Source: Candidatus Methylomirabilia bacterium
Lineage (GTDB): Bacteria; Methylomirabilota; Methylomirabilia; Rokubacteriales; CSP1-6
Direction: 5' to 3'
Length of the DNA: 19,240 bases
NCBI GenBank assembly: GCA_041496385.1
Contig: JBGQEL010000083.1
Span: forward strand, 1 to 19,240
Shown one piece after another: positions 15,859 through 19,240 of the stretch. The position numbers were made by a program, and so were the translations under genes. How positions within the stretch are numbered: position 1 is the first letter of the stretch; the number at the start of each line of letters is the position of its first letter. A model generated the notes under the pieces. It made no database searches and had not been told where the DNA came from. It saw only the letters and a program-made list of their open reading frames with translations.

Positions 15859-16050
15859 TTAAATGACCTTCGTGACCTTGCCCGCCTTGAGACAGCGGGT
15901 GCACACGCGCAGGCGCCGGGTCCGGCCCTCGACGAGCGCCCGCATGGAGACGAGGTTCGGGAGCCAGCGCCGCTTCGTGAGCTTGTGCGCGTGGCTGATC
16001 GTATGACCCACCGAGGGACCCTTCCCGCAGAGATCGCACCGCTGCGCCAT
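15859..16050 (-). CDS. rpmB: 50S ribosomal protein bL28 (zinc-ribbon form)
   Basis: MAQRCDLCGK...SHAHKLTKRRWLPNL...VCTRCLKAGKV. AGGAG SD 5 nt before the ATG at 16050. Confidence 0.97.
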   Translation of the reverse strand: MAQRCDLCGKGPSVGHTISHAHKLTKRRWLPNLVSMRALVEGRTRRLRVCTRCLKAGKVTKVI

Positions 16051-16095
16051 CACCGCTCCTTCTGGCCGGATTCACGACGGAGGAGACGAACGCAC

Positions 16096-16104
16096 TGTAT
16101 AGCA
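16096..16104 (-). promoter_or_regulatory. Possible extended -10 promoter for rpmB
   Basis: Minus strand TG-C-TATACA in the short divergent rpmB/recG gap. Confidence 0.35.
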
Positions 16105-16115
16105 CAGGGGCGTGC

Positions 16116-18209
16116 ATGACGCAAACCTCGGCGCCCCGCGCGGGCCTCGCGACGCCGCTCCAGTTCCTGAAGGGCGTCGGCCCGCGGCGCGCGCAGCAGC
16201 TCGAGCGCAAGGGGCTCCGGACCGTCGAGGAGGCGCTCTTCTTCCTGCCCCTGCGCCACGAAGACCGCACCCGCCTGACGCCGTTCGGCGCGCTCCAGCC
16301 GGGGCAGGCCGCGACGTGCTCGGGCACGGTCGCGGGCCTGAGCCCGCCGCCGCCGGGCCGGTCGCGCGCCCCCTTCAGCGTGCTCCTGCGCGACGCGAGC
16401 GGATACGCGACCGCGAGCTGGTTCAACGCCGGCTACCTCGCGCGCGTGTTCAAGCGCGGCCAGCGCCTCGTCCTCCACGGACGCGTCGGGCGCTACAAGG
16501 GCGCGCTCGTGCTGCAGCAGCCCGACTGGGAGATCGTCGAGACCGGCGAGGACGACCGCCTGCACACGGGGCGGCTCGTGCCCGTCTACTCGACAACCGA
16601 GGGGCTCCCGCAGCGCGCGCTGCGCTCGCTCCTCTGGCGGCTGGTGGACGAGTTCGCACGCGAGGTGCCCGAGGTTCTGCCCGATGCCGTCCGCGCGCGC
16701 CGCCGGTTGATACCACTGGCGCAGGCGCTCGCCGACGCGCACTTCCCCGAGACGGACGGCGCGCTCGCCGCGGCCCGGCGCCGTCTGGCGTTCGACGATT
16801 TCATGCTGCTCCAGCTGGGCCTCGCGATCCTGCGCTCGCGCACGACGCGGGCGCGCGGCCTCGCGCTGAGCCCGCGCGGGGACCTGGTCCGCCGCCTCCG
16901 CGCGACGCTCCCGTATACCCTCACGGGGGCGCAGGAGCGCGTCTGGGAGGAGATCCGGCGGGACATGGCGGCGCCCCACCCGATGCATCGGCTGCTCCAG
17001 GGTGACGTGGGCTCCGGCAAGACGATCGTCGCCGCCCTCGCCGTGCTCACGGCGGTCGAGGCCGGCTACCAGGCCGCGGTGATGGCGCCGACGGAGATCC
17101 TCGCCGAGCAGCACTTCATGACGTTCCGCCAGCTTCTCGAGCCGCTCGGCGTGCCCGTGAGCCTCCTGACCTCGTCGCTTCCGGCGCGCGAGCGGGCGGC
17201 GCGCCGCGCCGCCCTCGCCGCGGGCGAGCTGCCGGTCGGCGTCGGCACCCACGCGCTCGTCCAGGAGGGCGTGGAGTTCCGCCGCCTGGGCCTCGCGGTC
17301 GTGGACGAGCAGCACCGCTTCGGCGTCGCGCAGCGCGCGCGTCTCCGCGAGAAGGGCGAGCATCCCGACCTGCTCGTCATGACCGCGACGCCGATCCCCC
17401 GCACGCTCGCGCTGACGCTCTACGGCGACCTGGACGTCTCGGTCCTCGACGAGCTGCCGCCGGGCCGCCGGCCCGTCGTGACCGTCGCGCGCACCGAGGG
17501 CAAGCGCCGCGCGATCTACAAGTTCCTGCGCGACCAGACCGGGGAGGGCCGCCAGATCTACATCGTCTATCCGCTCGTCGAGGAGTCCGAGGCGCTGGAC
17601 CTGAAGGCCGCCACCGACATGGCGCGGCGTCTGGCGGACGAGGTGTTCCCGGAGCTCGCCGTCGGCCTGCTGCACGGCCGGCTCGGCTTTCCGGAGAAGG
17701 ACGCCATCATGCGGCGGTTCAAGGCCGGCGCGATCCAGATCCTCGTCGCGACCACGGTGATCGAGGTGGGCATCGACGTCCCGAACGCGTCGGTCATGCT
17801 CGTCGAGCACGCCGAGCGCTTCGGCCTCTCGCAGCTCCACCAGCTCCGGGGCCGGGTGGGACGGGGCCCGTGGAAGTCCTTCTGCATTCTCCTGACGAGC
17901 GGCCGCCTCGGCGAGGAGGCGCAGCGGCGGATCGACGCGATGGTCGCGACGAGCGACGGCTTCAAGATCGCCGAGGCGGACCTCGAGCTCCGCGGTCCGG
18001 GCGAGTTCTTCGGCACCCGCCAGTCCGGGCTGCCGGAGTTCCGGACGGCCGATCTCCTGCGCGACGCGGCGATCCTCGAGGAGGCGCGGCAGGAGGCGCA
18101 GGTGATCGTCGGAAGCGATCCGGAGCTGCGGGACCCGGCGCACCGCGCCCTGCGGGCGATGCTCCTCGCGCGGTGGCGGGGCAAGCTCGCGCTCGCGAGC
18201 GCGGGGTAG
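16116..18209 (+). CDS. recG: ATP-dependent DNA helicase RecG
   Basis: LKGVGP, wedge domain, RLLQGDVGSGKT, MAPTEILAEQH, DEQHRFGV, MTATPIPRTL, QLHQLRGRVGRG, DLELRGPGEFFGTRQSG. Confidence 0.98.
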   Translation: MTQTSAPRAGLATPLQFLKGVGPRRAQQLERKGLRTVEEALFFLPLRHEDRTRLTPFGALQPGQAATCSGTVAGLSPPPPGRSRAPFSVLLRDASGYATASWFNAGYLARVFKRGQRLVLHGRVGRYKGALVLQQPDWEIVETGEDDRLHTGRLVPVYSTTEGLPQRALRSLLWRLVDEFAREVPEVLPDAVRARRRLIPLAQALADAHFPETDGALAAARRRLAFDDFMLLQLGLAILRSRTTRARGLALSPRGDLVRRLRATLPYTLTGAQERVWEEIRRDMAAPHPMHRLLQGDVGSGKTIVAALAVLTAVEAGYQAAVMAPTEILAEQHFMTFRQLLEPLGVPVSLLTSSLPARERAARRAALAAGELPVGVGTHALVQEGVEFRRLGLAVVDEQHRFGVAQRARLREKGEHPDLLVMTATPIPRTLALTLYGDLDVSVLDELPPGRRPVVTVARTEGKRRAIYKFLRDQTGEGRQIYIVYPLVEESEALDLKAATDMARRLADEVFPELAVGLLHGRLGFPEKDAIMRRFKAGAIQILVATTVIEVGIDVPNASVMLVEHAERFGLSQLHQLRGRVGRGPWKSFCILLTSGRLGEEAQRRIDAMVATSDGFKIAEADLELRGPGEFFGTRQSGLPEFRTADLLRDAAILEEARQEAQVIVGSDPELRDPAHRALRAMLLARWRGKLALASAG

Positions 18210-18217
18210 GCGACGCG

Positions 18218-18772
18218 GTGCGCGTCATCGCGGGCGCCTTCAAGGGCCGGCGGCTCGTGACGCCGCGCGGGGCGACGACGCGGCCGACGGCCGATCAGGT
18301 CCGGATCGCGCTCATGGACACGCTCGCGCCGCGCCTGGCGGGCGCGCGCGTGCTCGACCTCTTCGCCGGCGCCGGTGGCGTGGGCCTCGAGGCCCTCTCG
18401 CGCGGCGCCGCGCACGCGACGTTCGTCGAGCGCGACGCGCGCGCCGTCGCGGCGCTCGGCGAGAACGTCGAGACGCTCGCCGTCGCCGACCGGACGCGCG
18501 TCGTCCGCGCCGACGTCGCCCGCGCGCTCGGACGCCTGGCCGCCGGGGGCGAACGCTTCGACGTCGTCTTCCTCGACCCACCCTACGACGGCGACCTCGT
18601 CGCGGAGACGCTCGCGGCCCTCGGCGCGGGCGGCGTCGCGGCGCCGGCGGCCGTCGTCGTCGCGCAGCACTTCACGAAGCGCGCGCCGGCCGCGGTGTAC
18701 GGCGTCCTGGAGGCGTTCCGCGCGCGCCGTTTCGGGGAGACGACCTTGACTTTCTTTCGAGCCGAAGGGTAG
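18218..18772 (+). CDS. rsmD: 16S rRNA m2G966 methyltransferase RsmD
   Basis: GTG at 18218. RVIAGAFKGRRL, TRPT, VLDLFAGAGGVGLEALSRGA, FLDPPY. Conserved recG-rsmD-coaD order. Confidence 0.93.
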   Translation: MRVIAGAFKGRRLVTPRGATTRPTADQVRIALMDTLAPRLAGARVLDLFAGAGGVGLEALSRGAAHATFVERDARAVAALGENVETLAVADRTRVVRADVARALGRLAAGGERFDVVFLDPPYDGDLVAETLAALGAGGVAAPAAVVVAQHFTKRAPAAVYGVLEAFRARRFGETTLTFFRAEG

Positions 18773-18775
18773 CCT
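18746..18775 (+). promoter_or_regulatory. Internal sigma70 promoter for coaD, likely leaderless
   Basis: TTGACT (18746-18751), 18-nt spacer, TAGCCT (18770-18775), then 7 nt to the coaD GTG. No clear SD. Confidence 0.55.
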
Positions 18776-18782
18776 ACGGACC

Positions 18783-19240
18783 GTGGCCAAGCGCGCGGTC
18801 TATCCCGGCATGTTCGACCCCGTGCACAACGGCCACGTGGACGTCATCCAGCGCAGCCTGCAGATCTTCGACGAGCTGATCGTCGCCGTGGTCGCCAACC
18901 CCTCGAAGGAGCCCCTCTTCTCGGTGAAGGAGCGCCTCGAGATGATCGACGAGGCCACGTCGTCGCTCCACTCGAACTTCCGCATCGTCGCGTTCGACGG
19001 GCTGCTGATCGATCTCGTGGCGCGCGAGCGGGCCGACTGCATCGTCCGCGGCATCCGGGCGGTCTCGGACTTCGAGTACGAGTTCCAGATGGCGCTGATG
19101 AACCGCAAGCTCCGGTCCACCGTCGAGACGGTCTTCCTCATGCCGCACGAGAAGTACACGTACATCTCCTCGCGCCTCATCAAGGAAGTCGCCAGCTTCG
19201 GCACCGCGGTCACCGGGCTCGTCCCGCCGATCGCCGAGAA
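18783..19240 (+). CDS. coaD: Phosphopantetheine adenylyltransferase (3' truncated by the window edge)
   Basis: Translated by hand: MAKRAVYPGMFDPVHNGHVDVIQR...IVRGIRAVSDFEYEFQMALMNRKL...ETVFLMP...YISSRLIKEVA. Confidence 0.96.
   Translation, partial: MAKRAVYPGMFDPVHNGHVDVIQRSLQIFDELIVAVVANPSKEPLFSVKERLEMIDEATSSLHSNFRIVAFDGLLIDLVARERADCIVRGIRAVSDFEYEFQMALMNRKLRSTVETVFLMPHEKYTYISSRLIKEVASFGTAVTGLVPPIAE

Noticed and set aside
15511..16119. Plus-strand 202-aa ORF with poly-Glu runs
   Set aside because: Shifted-frame reading of the AAG repeats. It overlaps the AbiEi-like gene, crosses the terminator and runs antisense through rpmB.

Overview
High-GC bacterial chromosomal window (about 70% GC by eye), mostly housekeeping genes. 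Order on the + strand: ruvC (3' end)-ruvA-ruvB-DUF2905-spoIID/lytB-csaA, then queA-tgt-yajC-secD-secF-rel-zincin-561-aa hypothetical, and after rpmB (- strand) recG-rsmD-coaD (5' part). Two accessory modules interrupt this backbone. (1) A minus-strand iron cassette (cupredoxin, FTR1 permease, a 41-aa bacterioferritin C-terminal fragment, hemP) whose sigma70 promoter is overlapped by a DtxR/IdeR/SirR-type palindrome rather than a Fur box. (2) A self-contained + strand unit at about 14489-15851: promoter and inverted-repeat operator, an AbiEi-like (type IV antitoxin-like) regulator with no AbiEii toxin next to it, two tandem 12-13 aa poly-lysine micro-ORFs each with a strong hairpin-sequestered Shine-Dalgarno, and a terminator. 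Unit (2) is the best candidate for an undescribed system. All family assignments come from motif recognition, not database searches.
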